Shown here in pieces: positions 61,957 to 64,000 of a stretch of DNA of 64,000 nucleotides. How positions within the stretch are numbered: position 1 is the first letter of the stretch; each line of letters opens with the position of its first letter. The stretch covers positions 16,119,360 to 16,183,359 of the forward strand of contig NC_043019.1 in NCBI RefSeq assembly GCF_006345805.1, given 5' to 3'. The DNA comes from Octopus sinensis. Lineage: Eukaryota. The notes under the pieces were generated by a model, which had not been told where the DNA came from, made no database searches, and saw nothing but the letters and a program-made list of their open reading frames with translations. The position numbers were made by a program, and so were the translations under genes.

Positions 61957-63068
61957 TGTGGATGTGTGTGTGTGTGTGGTGTGTGTGTGTGTGTGTGTGT
62001 GTAGATGTGTGTTTGTGATAGTTTCGGGTGGTGATTTCCGGGAATACCCGTGATTTGGAGCTTTGGTACCAATGTTAGAAAGTCTAATTCTTTGATAAAC
62101 CATTTTGCTTCTACTGTTTGCTTGATGAACATTCCTGTGCTCTCCGCGCCACCCCTCAGCCCCAGCACCACCACCACCACCACCAATTCTATTTGTGCTA
62201 TCGCATCAAACAACCACCACAATCACTCCTACTACTATCACCACCACCACCATCACCCGACCTCACCCCAGTCACCATCACTGCTACTGGCATTACTACT
62301 ACTACAACTACTACTACTACTACTTGAGCTACTACTGCAATTACTACTACGACTGTCAGCATCTGCATCATCACCATTCACCACTACCACCACCACCACC
62401 ACCACCACCACCGCTTCTATATCTCATCTACCGGCATCGAACTACCGCCACAACTGTTTCACCATCACCATCATCATCATCGGCATTACTCTTGCTGGCA
62501 TCACAACACCTCCATCACTATCACCAACATACCATACTGCCATCGCCTCTTCCCTCCTCCTCCTCCTCCTCCTCCTCTATCTCGTCTGCCGGCAACATAC
62601 AACTCTTCAATTCTAACTACAATTCTAACCATCGCCATCACACAACCACCCAGTCACCACCACCACCACCACCACCACCACCACCACCACCACTACCACC
62701 GTCGCGAGTACATTCACAAACAACGCCACTGCTATCGTCACCATTCCTACAAACCGTCACAAACACGCTCACAGTACAACCACCAACACCACCACCACTT
62801 ACTGCTAACAGAAGCAGCAAGCAGTAGGACGGGGAGGGGGGAAACCATGCAAAGAATGTCCTCTTCCACTTGTTCACTATTTTCCAGCTCAGTGTGTAAA
62901 CATCAATTTCCTCCTCCTCCTCCTCCTCCCGCTGCTGCTAACTGCACTCATTCATTCATTCATCTCGTGTTAGCAACTCTACTTTCACTTTCCAACAAAA
63001 CAAGCAGCAGCCTCGCTGTGAAAATCGCCACGTTTTTCTTTCTACATAGTTTTGGCGGCTAACAAACA

Positions 63069-63110
<42 letters not shown>

Positions 63111-63800
63111 GTCGTCGTGTTGTAAACTGCTGCTGATGTTGCGAACTCGCATTCATTCGCAATTCAGAGCTCAGTACAAAAATGTATGTATGATGTACGT
63201 ATTCATGCACGTGTGTGTGTGTGTGTGCGCGCGTGTGTAATACGATTCTGCAGTTCCACGTTATTCCATATTCTTTAAAAAGCCTTTTTCGTACCCAGGC
63301 GCGCATGCGCAAATGCATCTAAACTTACACGAACTCCCTCATGTGGTGTGTGAATGGTATGAATGTATACACACGCGCAATTCCATATACACACACGCAC
63401 ACACACCAACATAGACCGTGTTCCAATAAGACTTGCATGATATTTCATTCCTTACACACATCCAGCGCGCGCGCACGCACATAGATTTTAAGATTTATTA
63501 AATCTGTCGATTTGAATATATCTCCCTTTCTTGGTGTCATTCATCAGTGCGCGGTCATGCTGGAGCAAGGACTTATTAGGATTTTAGAAATAATATTAGC
63601 CTCAAAAGTTTTTCTAGACTTTTCTAGATTTCCTCCCCGAGATGAACAAAAAAAAGAAAAAAACAAAAAAACAAGTATTAAGTTTGAGTTATGCAGGTTT
63701 TGAACTCAAAATGCGAATTTGATGTGTTATACACACACACACACACAAACACCTTCCCCCATATGTGTGTGTGTGTGTATACTCATGTAATCATATCCTG

Positions 63801-63855
<55 letters not shown>

Positions 63856-63865
63856 ATATATATAT

Positions 63866-63962
63866 AACAGTGTACACGAGGGAAACTACCTTTAACAGGT
63901 AATATATATAATATATATATATATATATTACCTGTTAAAGGTAGTTTCCTCGTGTACACTGT

Positions 63963-63963
<1 letters not shown>
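63866..63963. repeat. Near-perfect ~37-bp inverted repeat centred on and flanked by (TA)n
   Basis: aacagtgtacacgagggaaactacctttaacaggtaa ...(TA)n... ttacctgttaaaggtagtttcctcgtgtacactgtt; one G indel. Confidence 0.85.
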
Positions 63964-63996
<33 letters not shown>

Positions 63997-64000
63997 TATA

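Noticed and set aside
62050-62877. Pro/Thr/His-rich 188-210 aa ORFs
   Set aside because: Built from (CAC)n, (TAC)n and (CCT)n trinucleotide runs with no splice or homology support.

Overview
Eukaryotic, extremely microsatellite- and SINE-rich genomic DNA. The repeat content points to an Octopus-type cephalopod, which is an inference I could not check. One host gene is present: a complete six-exon CFAP299/C4orf22 orthologue on the + strand, join(5791..5898,11746..11876,13484..13574,23891..24033,29102..29231,29986..30084), 233 aa, with all introns GT-AG and phase-consistent. Everything else is transposon-derived or simple repeat. This includes a Helitron with a nearly intact Pif1 helicase, a rearranged Helitron fragment, a non-autonomous Helitron, Tc1 and mariner relics, and hAT and Merlin-like MITEs. 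It also includes several Tx1/L1-clade LINE pieces (one ORF1-only element with an open 499-aa ORF), R4/Dong-like fragments in (TAA)n tracts, CR1-group relics, Penelope-like elements with hammerhead ribozymes, and at least five tRNA-derived SINE families. Strongest leads: (i) a SINE subfamily with a Tx1-like 3' tail whose target-site duplications repeatedly carry GGTAT at the 3' junction, next to Tx1 deletion derivatives; (ii) a U3-A8 covariant minimal hammerhead in a 365-bp direct-repeat-bounded, retrozyme-like unit; (iii) an inverted SINE pair tightly enclosing CFAP299 exon 3; (iv) a decayed duplicate of the exon-5 acceptor with an in-frame stop. There are no prokaryotic features or CRISPR arrays, and there is one 100-N gap. 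All family assignments come from motif recognition by eye, not database searches.
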